From contig NEEC01000024.1 of NCBI GenBank assembly GCA_002189035.1, positions 682,001 to 746,000 on the forward strand: a stretch of DNA of 64,000 nt. The letters run 5' to 3'. The translations under genes and the position numbers were made by a program. This DNA is from Utricularia gibba (Eukaryota > Plantae > Magnoliophyta). Below the pieces are notes generated by a model. That model was not told the origin of the DNA, did not search any database, and saw only the letters and a program-made list of their open reading frames with translations. Below, in pieces: positions 1 through 10,633 of the stretch (position 1 is the first letter of the stretch; every line of letters begins with the position of its first letter).

Positions 1-887
1 ATTTGACCGAAATTCTAAATATCAGATTAAATTTCGAAAAAAAAAGATTGGAAATCACATTATTGGGTAAGTTTAACAAAAAAACCTTTTTCTTATTAAA
101 TAAATATATAAAATATTAACTATTTTTATCTAAGTTATGATAGTTATTATACCTATTTATCTATTTAAAAACTAAAAATATTAATTTATCAAATACTTAG
201 TATAATCACATTATTCAATGTATTTATGAAAAATAATATTTTACTTATCAAAAATGAAAATTGAAATAATAAATAATCATTTTTTCGTTTCTAATTAATG
301 TAAATTTGAAAACTCATTTTATAGAAAATGTAATAAACAAATTATCTCTTTTTCGTCTTAAATGTATTGATGAATTAATAGTATTTACTTTTATATAATT
401 TATGATATTTAATTTCTATATTATAATGAATCAATATAATTTAAAATGTTTTAATATAAAACATAATGAAGATAAAAATTAATAAAATGAATAAATTATC
501 TCTTTTTTTTGTACATAATTTAATAACAACTTCATAAAATAAATAAGATAAGTAGTTTTACTTTATAAATAAGTATAGTAACAATAGTATTCTTTTGCTT
601 TAAACATAAGTTAATAGCTATTGTTTACATATAAATATCCAAAAATATGAAGTACTTAGCAAATTAATATAAAATAAAATACTCCAAACAGGTTCTCTCA
701 AATTCTTGCAAAATTGAATCAAAAAACTTTTGTAATCAAGCAACATTGCCAACATATTAAAAGACGAGTTCCATTATCTAAGGAAATTGAAAAGAAATTC
801 TATCCAAGATATGTAAAAAAAAAATTTTCAAAAAAAGAAATAACATTGTTATTAGCTAAATCATTATTTAAGGAAATCGAAAAAATC

Positions 888-2173
888 TGATAAAATATTT
901 TTTAAATTCACGACAAATATTTAAATTTGGGAGATATAGTTGTAGTGATTAGTATGTTCCCCCTAAATGTTTTAAGTCGTCATTTTCTTTTATTTTAAAT
1001 AAATATATGCTTTTATCCATTTTATATTTTTCTGCATATTATCATTGAACTGTTTTGATATTAGTTTAGAGTAAATCTATTAATTGTGATAAAAATCTGA
1101 ATATTTGACTTTCACATAGCAAACAACTAGCTCTTTGTGTTCAATTCTAGTGCATTATACTCATATTTTTCATATGATTGGTTGTAAATTAGGTTATAAA
1201 TTTATTTGATAAGAAAAATTTGTATTTGGATGACGTTGCAATATTTTTCGTCTATCAAATTGGCATTGTTACCTTGGAGCGGTGTTTAATTTTTTTGTGA
1301 TTCAGTTGATGCATTTGCATTCTTTCTGGTGCAGGTGATGTTGTTTTTTATCGAGAGAGCTATCAATAAGAGCCGTACAAGAGTGAGATAAGCAACAAGG
1401 TTGAGAAAACTCCTTATTGCAATTCCAAGTTAATTTTATCATGGCAAAACAAGAGAAGACCTTGAATGAGCTTGATGCAATTGACCATACATATAGGGGC
1501 TTGTGCATCAGGTTTTCTGATGACACAGCCAATGAATTAAAATCATCTATGTTTAATTTTCTAACTAAGTATTATGGAAAAGTGGGAGAAAACCCACACG
1601 AACATTTGGACAATATCACTGTTGTTTGCATCTCTTTTAACAGTGCTGAGATGATTGAGGATGCCGCTGTTTGAGGCATTCCAATTTACGCTGGAGGAAA
1701 ATGCAAAAATATGGCTCAACTCGCTGAAGCCTAGAAGCATCACAGATTTGTTAGGGATGAAGAAGGTGTTTCTCAACAAGTATTTTTCTGTTTCCAAAAT
1801 TGAAGGTATACGAAAAGAGATTAGTGACATTGAGCAATCAAGTGGAGAATTTTTACATGAATATTGGGAGCGATTTAATCAATTGCTTAGATCTTATCCT
1901 CACCATAGTTTTCAATCTACTTCCTTGGTGAAGTATCTTTATGATGGACTGTTATATTATGATAGAGGAATGATGGATTTAGTTGTTGGAGGATTTTTGA
2001 GAAAAAATACTTCCATCGAAGCTCTTGTGCTGTTTGAGGAGTTGGTTGAACATTCTAGGTATATTATCAGAAAACAAATTTCGAACATAAGAGTTTATGA
2101 GCACTCCAGCCATAATTTTATTCGTTTGCAAGTTAGATATGATCTCATTGAAGTTGGAGTAGATGAGTACTAT
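888..2173 (+). mobile_element. Degenerate Athila-like Ty3/gypsy remnant: short 5' LTR (~888-1257), tRNA-Asp-type PBS, gag fragment
   Basis: LTR 3' end ...TTTTCGTCTATCA at 1257 is homologous to the end of the 2174-3343 LTR. PBS-like TGGCATTGTTACC at 1261-1273 (Athila consensus TGGCGCCGTTGCC). ORFs 1417-1674 and 1655-2176 give Retrotrans_gag-like peptides (GENPHEHL; EFLHEYWERFNQLLRSYPHH) in two frames. LTR start is approximate. Confidence 0.8.
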
Positions 2174-3343
2174 TGATAACACATATTTTTTAGTGACTCA
2201 ATGCATGCAATTTACTCATGTTGTGCTACAAAAATTATGCTTTATTGCCTAGTTTTATATTTTTGCACATAAGTACCGTAGTAGTGTTATTTTAGTCTTA
2301 GTTGGGACTAAATCTGCGATTTAGTCCCAATCTTCTAATAATTTTATTTGAGTAATGCAGTGCATGTCACAACACAAATCTCAAGGAGCCGAATATGCAC
2401 AGTGTAGTGGCAGAAGATGAGTCCAAAAGTCTGTAATTGGTACACACAAAATCCAAGGAGGGAAAAAGGGAGAATTTGGACAAAAGAAGGGAAAGTCGGA
2501 GAGAGAAGACATATCTCCCCTTAGAGACTCACGAACAATTTTCTGGGAAGGTTTTCTGGGGAGGAAGAAGAAAGAAGAAAAACAGGAACGAAGGTGAAGT
2601 TCAAGATTATTTTCTGTCTTCGAAGAATATTACTCCTAGCTAAGAGTAGCTAGTGACATTTTTCAGTTTTTTTGTTGACACTTCACATTACTTGCTTGTT
2701 TGCTTTTTGGTATTTGACTGTGAAATGAGCACACTGTGGGTGATGTTTTCTTTTCCACTTTCGTTTACCTTAAGCATGAGTGGCTAAGTATTTAGGGGGT
2801 GCCTTGGGGTAAAAAGGGGAAAAACATGTTAATCAATCTTTAGATCTAAACCGCCATGAGTCATACCACTTCCTTAACAAACCAAGATAGATCCAGGAGG
2901 GGAAAGTAATGAAACCTAACTTAACAACCCTAATTAGAGGTAGACCAAAGATTAGGGGGAAAAACAAGAATCCGGGTAGACCTAGATCTTGTGAGTTAGT
3001 TGTATGATTTGTGGTTTGTATGAATTTGTTTAGTGATGGGCATATATCCCTAAGAGTCCCAAGGCATCACTTATTCCATTCCAGAAACAACTGAACCCTA
3101 GAACTTGTTATTTTTGTTTACTGTATTTCGTTTTAGTTCTGCTTTAGTCCTAGTTAAGACCAATTTTACCAACGTGACACTGATTTCATGCATTAACTTT
3201 CACATAGCAAGCACCTGCTCTTCGTGTTCGACCCTAATCACTATGCTCATAATTGCTTTATGTTTGAAGTTGTATTAGGTTATAAATTTATTTGATAGGA
3301 GAAATTTGCAATTTAACGACATTGCGTAATTTTTCGTTTATCA
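2174..3343 (+). mobile_element. Solo LTR (family 1, 1170 bp) with 5-bp TSD ACTAT
   Basis: TGATAAC...TTTATCA termini; ACTAT at 2169-2173 and 3344-3348. Homologous copies at 20789-21878 (-) and ~25338-26379 (+). Confidence 0.92.
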
Positions 3344-3989
3344 ACTATATCAAAAGTCATAATGGTGGTGAATATGTGGCAGATGTGTAGAGCAAATCAG
3401 AATAGTCTGATTGGCGTGATGCTATTGCACATAATTTGCATAATTAATATCGAGATTATTGATTTGAGTATAATAAATTATTATATTTTAATATCTTATT
3501 GTATTTATGGATACTTCCTTGATAATTGTTAAGTTGATTTGATAGTATTGATAATGTGATTTATATTTGGTGATACATCACTATCCACTATTGCAATTAT
3601 CTATGTAGATAATACTTTTATAATAGAGAAATACGACAACGATATTGATGCAATATAAATGATATTTATATAGTTTTTATATTCAAAAAAACAAATGTTA
3701 TTACAAGATGATCAACATTAGATGCCTTAAGAAAGAAGATCATTTTTTCCGGCTTCGACATTATAATATTCGCACCTATAATCATTGTGAAATATTGAGT
3801 TCAACATCCATGATATTCATATAGTCTGCAGCAGTCTCTTGTTTTTGCATAAGTGCAATCCCATAAGCTTGTGTATTTTTCTGTTTCTTTGCTCGGCGTC
3901 CGTACATATCTTCAAGCTTTAGTCTGTGACTTTCTTTTTACGGTTTCCGTTAGAAGGCTTATATTGTTTGCTGAAAGAAACGAAGAAAA

Positions 3990-4948
3990 ATGAGGCTCGA
4001 GAAGTGCTGGTTCTGTTCTTCGACGATATATCGGGAGCATGACATTCAATATGTTAGCAACGATGCAAAGGTTGGAGTTTTTCACCTGGAACTTCTTGCT
4101 TGTTTGTTACCGTATGTAGATCGTTGGGGGTTTCTATCATGCACGATTTAGTGTCGTTGAGTCCTTTTTTCATTGGAACTTTTTATGTTTTATTCAACTT
4201 GTTCTCCTTCAAAGCGCTTAACTATGCTGATATTTTATCATATTAAGAATGTGCGTGAATAAAATTGCAGAAGAGGGAGATTTTTTGGGGAAAAAAATTA
4301 TGCTTGCAGGTCGTTTCACTCTGAAACCTCATGAGATAGTTTCATTGTCTATTTTTTATTGTAAGTATGTTCGCTATAGTGTTACATTTGTCAGAAATTT
4401 TGGTTTCCCAGATGTTTGATTTTGTCGTTCTAAATGCCACAAAAACTTCAAGATGAAGAGGAATCCCCGGAAATTGCAGCGGGCAAAAGCTTACAGACGG
4501 TTGCATGGGAAGGAGATGACTCAGGCAAGCCAGGGTGTCACCTTTTCAACTTTCCTGGTCTTGTTTTGGCTGCTGTTGCTGCGTCTTACAAGTACTTGAA
4601 ACTAAAAGGATGCTACATTTGAGTTTGAGAGGAAGAGGAATCGCCCTGAGAGATACCATAGGAATCCGGTGGATAGAGAGGCCAGAAACCATGCCAATAG
4701 GTTCGCTTATCCGGATTCATCCTCATGATCTTGTCCAGATGCAAGCATTTCAGCATCTGTTTGCTTCATATTTTCACAGAATGAAGGGAAAGAAGGCACA
4801 GCTACGTGACGAGGCAGTGAAGGAGATACAGGAGAGCATACACATAGTAAAAGCCCCTGCTGCCATCAGCAAGGATCCATGACTGTCAGAAAATATCAAG
4901 GCCTTGGCTCCAGCTCCGGAATCCCACCGCGAACGGATGGAGGAGTAA
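3990..4948 (+). pseudogene. RLP24: Ribosome biogenesis protein RLP24 (RPL24-like) pseudogene, 4 exons
   Basis: Exons 3990-4070 ([14 protein letters not shown]), 4412-4524 ([17 protein letters not shown]; 113 nt, 1-nt deletion near 4418), 4608-4700 (DATFEFERKRNRPERY, internal deletion) and 4780-4948 (in-frame TGA 4880-4882). Conserved residues are substituted (YPGHG to YREHD; KWTK to QRAK). Confidence 0.9.
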
Positions 4949-5292
4949 TCAGATTTCTTCATGCTGGCTGTCAAGCTCTTGTCTGTGTTGAGCACATTTT
5001 TTTTGTTTCTCCGATCATTGGTGGTTTCCTTGCTCCTGAATCAGATACATCTTGTTTGTTAAGGTAACGCAAACTCAGTATGGAGTGAGGCGTCAAAAAA
5101 CGTGGGCATATTGCAAGCAAATGATAATAAGAGCATGTTTTGGGGTTACTACAGGAGAAGGGTATGGGCGTGAGTGAACAATTCCCCAATTTCCCTCATT
5201 GGAAACCCTAATTTATTTAGCCAAATGAAGCTCGGACCTTTAGCAAACTGAAATTCAGATCGCGCAGGGGGGAGGGATCTCGGCACTGGGCT

Positions 5293-5640
5293 TCAAATGC
5301 TGTCATCGTCGAAAAGGAGGCGAAGCCTGGCGGCGAAAGCCCCAGTAGGCTCGAGCGCCGCCTCATGGAGGAGGGCTTGCTTGATGCGCTCCTTGCGAGA
5401 AGTAAGGGCTTCCTGCTCTTCTCTGAGGGCAACGATATCTTCGGTGAGGTTGTGCATACGGTATTTCTGGCCCAGAGATCGGCAGCTCAGCAGCAGTATC
5501 CCAGTCATCGCGAACAACTGTATGAAGCTCTGTTTCCTTTTCATCGCATTGGCGAATAGACCCAGTGGCTGGCGTTGCCCCACAGGCCTTCTGACACCCC
5601 CGCCCGCAGACCGTTGCTCCGACGACGACGACGACGACAT
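5293..5640 (-). CDS. Conserved plant protein of unknown function, 115 aa, single exon (one hydrophobic segment plus coiled coil; resembles Arabidopsis At1g20430 from memory)
   Basis: ORF with motif SFIQLFAMTGILLLSCRSLGQKYR...FAARLRLLF. ATG at 5640 taken as start; the longer upstream extension in the ORF track looks like UTR. Confidence 0.8.
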   Translation of the reverse strand: MSSSSSSEQRSAGGGVRRPVGQRQPLGLFANAMKRKQSFIQLFAMTGILLLSCRSLGQKYRMHNLTEDIVALREEQEALTSRKERIKQALLHEAALEPTGAFAARLRLLFDDDSI

Positions 5641-6044
5641 GTAAAATCTCTTGTTCTTCACTCCGATTCCTATTCCTACTCCTGTTCCTGGGGTTTGATG
5701 GCCAATCCCCTGCCCGTATATCTTAATGACTTTGGGTTGGGGACGGGGCCTCAACAGATGGGCCGAGTCCAGTTCCTTTAAAGGCCAACGGTTGGTCGTG
5801 CAGTGCAGTCCATTCACAGTGATGTGGGGGTTGCGCGCCACCGTCCCATGCGACCAAATTTTTGTCCTTGTGAAGACGAGTAATTTATTCACAACGGAAG
5901 CTCACGGTATGATATGTTTATTTATGTTAAATACAAAATGAAGCACACTTTTACACGCGCCAAGTGCAAAGAAGCAAAGCAAAGCAAAGCATCCAGAAAA
6001 GCAGCCACACACTGGGGACAGGACAGGCACCCAAAGCTTCATGA

Positions 6045-6640
6045 TCAGTAGTTTCCACCATCCTTGGCCTTCTCCTTGTCTTCAGGGCTCTTGGGGTGAT
6101 AACCTGGGATCTTCTCCTTTATCTTCTCCAAGAAGCCCTTTTTCTCCTTCCCATGATCCGGATCCGCTTTCTTCTCCTCTGGGTGGCACTCGGGTCCTGG
6201 CTTCTCGACCGGCACATGCGTGTCCTCGTCATCATCTTCCTTGTTGATCTTCTCCTCGATCTTCTCTTTCAGCCCCTTCTTTTTCTTCTTCTTTGTCTTC
6301 TCCCCGTTTTCATCGACTTGTTCTTCGTCGCTCGACTACATCACGACAACCTAAAAAATGAGTCCCCTTGTAGACAGACAGACAGACAAAGAGAAGAGAG
6401 AAAAACATGTGAGCTCACAGAGCTGCTGGAGCTGTGGCTGCGATGGAGCTTCTCGAGAAATCCCTCTTTCTTCTCATCACTATCAACTTTGACCTTAGCA
6501 TGAAACTCGGACGAAATGGCGTCGTCCTCGTCGTAAAGCTTATCCTTCTTTGCGAAATCGAAGAGCCCGCGATCGGAAGCCTCGACGTCTCCTGGTGTCT
6601 GTATCTTGGTCTCCGACGTGTACTTGGCCTCTTCCGCCAT
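6045..6640 (-). CDS. FSKn-type acidic dehydrin (ERD10/ERD14/COR47-like), 170 aa, 2 exons
   Basis: Exons 6640-6419 and 6335-6045 with a GT-AG intron inside the S-segment. F-segment EASDRGLFDF, HRSHSSSSS|SSDEE, poly-K stretch, K-segment EKKGFLEKIKEKIPG. Confidence 0.95.
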
Positions 6641-6710
6641 CGGAGCAGACAATCTGGGACTCGAGAAACGTGCTCTTGGTTGGAGTAAGGAATGGTGGGA
6701 GGGGAGGGCA

Positions 6711-7315
6711 TTTATATAGAAAAGTGAGAAGCGTGGTAACGCGGAACCGACGCGAGTAATTAATCAGATTGCGAATTATTAATTTAATGATGTCGCCGCG
6801 TCCGCCCCCGAGGAAAAAGAAGCTTGCCAGGGAAGAAAAAGAAAAGCATTGCGAACCCAACCCAACCCATTGGTTGCGTGGGTGAATAAAAAGTAGCGTG
6901 AATGCGAGAGAAGGGGATTGGGATCGGGAGCGGTGGAGTGAGTAAATAGCAACGGCGAGGACACGACGCGTCGGCCCATCCCTGGCCCTGGGTGGGTATG
7001 ATTCTCGGCGGTGGTAACTGGTACGGTACCACCACGTGCTGCGCCTCCTCCTGCTGCCGCATTAAAAATCTTCCTTGCTACCCCAGGCCCCATTCCATAA
7101 GGTGAACAAAAAAGAAGAGTTAGGCTTTGTGTAGAATGAGCAGATGATCATCCTAATTTGGAAGATTTAGACGCTACCCTTTGCTTCTTTGAATTTTTCT
7201 TGATTATTACGGTGGACGCGTGGCACCGACCCTGCGTCCCGCTGTCGGCATGCAACCTCTCTCTCTCTCTCTCTCTCTTTTTTTTTTTTTTTTAAATAGG
7301 ATTTTGGCTGTCGGC
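6711..7315 (-). promoter_or_regulatory. Dehydrin promoter: TATA box plus DRE/CRT and ABRE/CE3 cluster
   Basis: CTATATAAA (-) within 6711-6720. RCCGAC cores at 6746, 6970, 7225, 7244 and 7310. G-box CACGTG 7033-7038. CE3-like ACGCGT at 6966 and 7216. Confidence 0.75.
7256..7293. repeat. (CT)n microsatellite followed by poly-T
   Basis: Direct inspection. Confidence 0.85.
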
Positions 7316-7609
7316 AGATTTTAGTGCTTCTTTTTCTGTAATCATCCTTCACGTTTACATTAGCAAATCATTAGGTATATGTGTGATGAGCGAGGCCCAG
7401 CAGACTTCTCTCATTCAGAACATCCACTTGCGGACGCCCGGCGGTGCATGGTGTCTGTACAACGACTCGTCTTCAACAAGTAATCCGGTTAATGGTAAAA
7501 GAATGAATGGAATGTGAAGAATAGGCGGGAGGAGCTCAGCCTCCAAGGAAGGGAGCTCTTAAACAGCAACCTAATGAACGAACTACCTAATCCTGACTTC
7601 TCCTCCTAC

Positions 7610-10028
7610 TCATTCCTGTGGCTCAGCCGGCCCTTCTGAAGGCGGAGCTGGCGGGGATGACGTGAAGTCAAGATTTGGGAAGACGCCGGGGGGCTTCTCT
7701 CGGGGCTGTATGGACAGCAGTTGACTTGAATCTCCAACGACATCAGCCCACCCGTAATGTGGTTCAGCCCTTCCACCAATAAAAAAACACTTGGATGATG
7801 ATTCTGGAAAAGAAGATAAGATAGATCAGCATGAAACCTCAAGGAAGAGACTCGTGCTTACTCGTAGTATGTCTCCTCATCTACCACAATGTCCCAGCTC
7901 TCTCCAGAAGTGCTGTTTCCATACTTGTGAACCTTTCTGCAGTTCAGGAGAGGAGGGTTTCTGTTACGACGCCTATGGAATCCTAAAACGTTCTGAACCA
8001 CCACAGATGCTTGATTACTACTTACCCATTTCCAAAGTGCTCTTCACCCCACTTCCTTGACCATCCTTCAGCATCAACCAGCATATGCATGGAAAACCGA
8101 TCAGAATGAAGAGTAGTCTATGTGTGTCTGTGTGTGTGTGTTTTGTGTAGGTCCTGTCTACCGTACTTTCACTGCTTGGAGATACATGCCATGTCTCTCC
8201 ATGTCTTGAACCGATGCTGGCAAAAAATCTCTCTTCCCATTTGTCCCCCCACTTCGTCCCTAGTTTTGTCTCGGCCCACTTATCAGTCCTGGTTCAAGGT
8301 TCACACTTTGTATAAGAACAAGGGTTCAAACACAGCATACACATATCAGGATTTCGATAAAAAAGAACATACACAGGAGACCTATTCAGCAAACGGAAGA
8401 AAAGGGAGCAGGAGTTTGTGTACCATTTTAAGACGGAGCCCATTCCATCATAATGCTCTCCCCACTTTTCCCACCACGACTGTTCATTCAACTTGCCATA
8501 CTTGTGAGCTCCCTTCTCTGTCCACCCCTTGGCATCGTATTTTTCCCACCTATGGTTTACATCGTTTAGTAGAAAACAAAACAAAACAAAACAAAACGTG
8601 TGTTTTCTCAAGCGCCCGCGCCCAGGAACTTACCAATTTTCGTACCACTCAACACTTTCAGTCCCCGATTTTGCTTGTTTCTGAGCACTGCGCTCTATCC
8701 TCGCCAGATTACTGCGAGCCAAAGGGAAGTTGGATGAGTAGGATATGAGAGGGAATGATTAAAAGAATCCAAGTGGAAGACCTCCAATCATCCTGGTGAA
8801 GGACTTCTTTCCATGTTTCCCACCAAGAATCACCTTCAGCATTTCGTCCCGATTTTTCGACACCTGATGAACACTCAATTATAGACGTTGATGAACTACC
8901 GCACCTCCCAAAGCAGCAAACAATAAAGTGATAAAGCAGAGAAATGATTCAAATACCTAGCTCTTTGTATCCAGTCCAGTCACTCTTCTCCCACCACTGT
9001 CAGAGATATGAACAAACCCAATTAAAGGATCCACCTGGGATGATACTCAACAATAAGAGAACACAAAAAAAATATTCATATTTTGAAGACCACAGAGGAT
9101 TAAGAATAACTACGCTCATCTTAGATACAGAGCAACATGCAAAAAGATGTCCCCGACAGATTTGGCATTTATACCGTTTCCTTCCATTCTGAAGAGCCAT
9201 CAGGACCCTGTCCACCCATCATAGTCCATCTACACCTGTAACCATTCTCTCCAAGCTCTTCCCCGCTTTCACAGTACCAAGTACTACCATCTTCATTAGT
9301 GCCGGATTCATTAACATTTTCATTTAACAGACTGATTCCCCAGTCTTTTTCATTTGCAATTCCAGTATCTACAAAAGAACATGAAGAGCCAGGAAAATTG
9401 TATGAGAACTCAGGCAAGCATACAGCTTGAGTCATATGAATGCATTGCAGTACGACTATGGAAATGACAATGAATGTGATTAGGGGATTCTCTTGTAGAT
9501 TGTTGATACCTCGCAGTGGAGGCGAGTCTCGGGACTGAGGACCAATATTTCTTGGGGTACAACGGGAGAAGAACTTCTCTTGCTTGGAAGAGAATCTTGA
9601 TCTGAGATTCAACCAGGACTGATAACTTAAAACCAGTAAAATCGTGATACATAGCGCAGTCATCTCGGAACAAAAGAGGAGCAAAATTCATCCGATGGTT
9701 TATGAGAGACGGGTCATTCAAATGTAGCCCAGATGGCCGATTGCCTTAGCCTTCAATAATTCCGGCAAATAGATATCATATTAGAAGCAAAAGCTACTCA
9801 CTTTGGAGAAGAGAAAGGCATGATTCGGCTCCGGCCTCTATAATTGGATCCCTTACTCAAGTCGAACAGCCATTCCTCGCACTTGTCAGCACCTTTTCCC
9901 GAACCGCGGACCTCATGAATCTCGGAACAGCCACACTTGACAGGTCGAGCGGTACCCAAGAAGCGCCTTTTCTTGCTATGCACTCGCAAGGCCAACCCTT
10001 CACCAAAAGCAGAGCCGCCTCTTGCCAT
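7610..10028 (-). CDS. ESV1: EARLY STARVATION 1, Trp-rich starch-granule protein (multi-exon; start may be 10075)
   Basis: Spliced exons give SKQEKFFSRCTPR, ESGTNEDGSTWY, WWEKSDWTGYKELG, WEKYDAKGWTEKGAHKYG, AEPHYGWADVVGDS and a Pro-rich C-terminus. Stop TGA 7612-7610. Exon 1 ends at 9802. Confidence 0.93.
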
Positions 10029-10633
10029 CAACCCCACGTTAGAGGGTGTCCTAAAGCCCCCCCCGCAGCCGCCATTCCCACCACGATCATCTTCTCACTC
10101 AAAACCCATTAAAACAAGCACTATATAGGGTTCTAGGCTACGATCCTATTTATTTTTTCCTGGTTTCTCCAGTGAGAAGCGGCATTTGGCAAACGAAGAT
10201 TTGACTCCGAAGCATAGCGAGTAGCGCAAAAACAGGGGAATCGGTATCCGAGAGCGCGATTCCCCTGATCCGGTTGTCTGATGGATCACTCACGTGCTGT
10301 CTCTGGGAACGAAGCAGAGGAGTTATCTCTTTAGTTTGTTGTACGTATCTCCATGAATACCAGTCACTCTATCAGCGCGAGCGAAGTCTCCAAGAGTTCC
10401 GCTTTAGGGTTCCTCAGCGCCCCCTCTGGTGACGTGGAGCAACTCCTAGAACCCTTTTTCTGGGCCCGAGTTGGGCCAGGAGGCACATGGACTGATGGAC
10501 CTGGCCGCCGCTTTGGATCCATTACATCTCTTCGAAATGGGCGGCCGTTGCTAAAAACGCGACTCTGGCAAGAAATCGTTGGTAATGAGCGAGCTTCTTC
10601 GTGTAGCTGCGAATGGGGGTGGGTTTCACTGGA
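10029..10633. promoter_or_regulatory. Divergent (bidirectional) promoter between ESV1 and the DUF760 gene
   Basis: Head-to-head starts ~0.6 kb apart. TATATA 10122-10127, G-box 10291-10296, telo-like TTAGGGTT 10404-10411, site-II TGGGCC at 10461 and 10472. Confidence 0.6.

Noticed and set aside
1-700. Tourist-like MITE ending at CCAAACAGG (~684-692)
   Set aside because: No matching left TIR or TAA/TTA TSD inside the window.
5641-5892. N-terminal extension of the 199-aa ORF (5293-5892)
   Set aside because: Low-complexity GIGIGIG, promoter-like TGGGCC motifs and no recognisable conservation. ATG 5640 fits the family better.
6096-6503. Leu-rich 135-aa plus-strand ORF resembling a membrane protein
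   Set aside because: Antisense shadow of the Lys/Glu-rich dehydrin.
8122-8748. 208-aa plus-strand ORF
   Set aside because: Antisense to ESV1 exons and introns; no recognisable domain.
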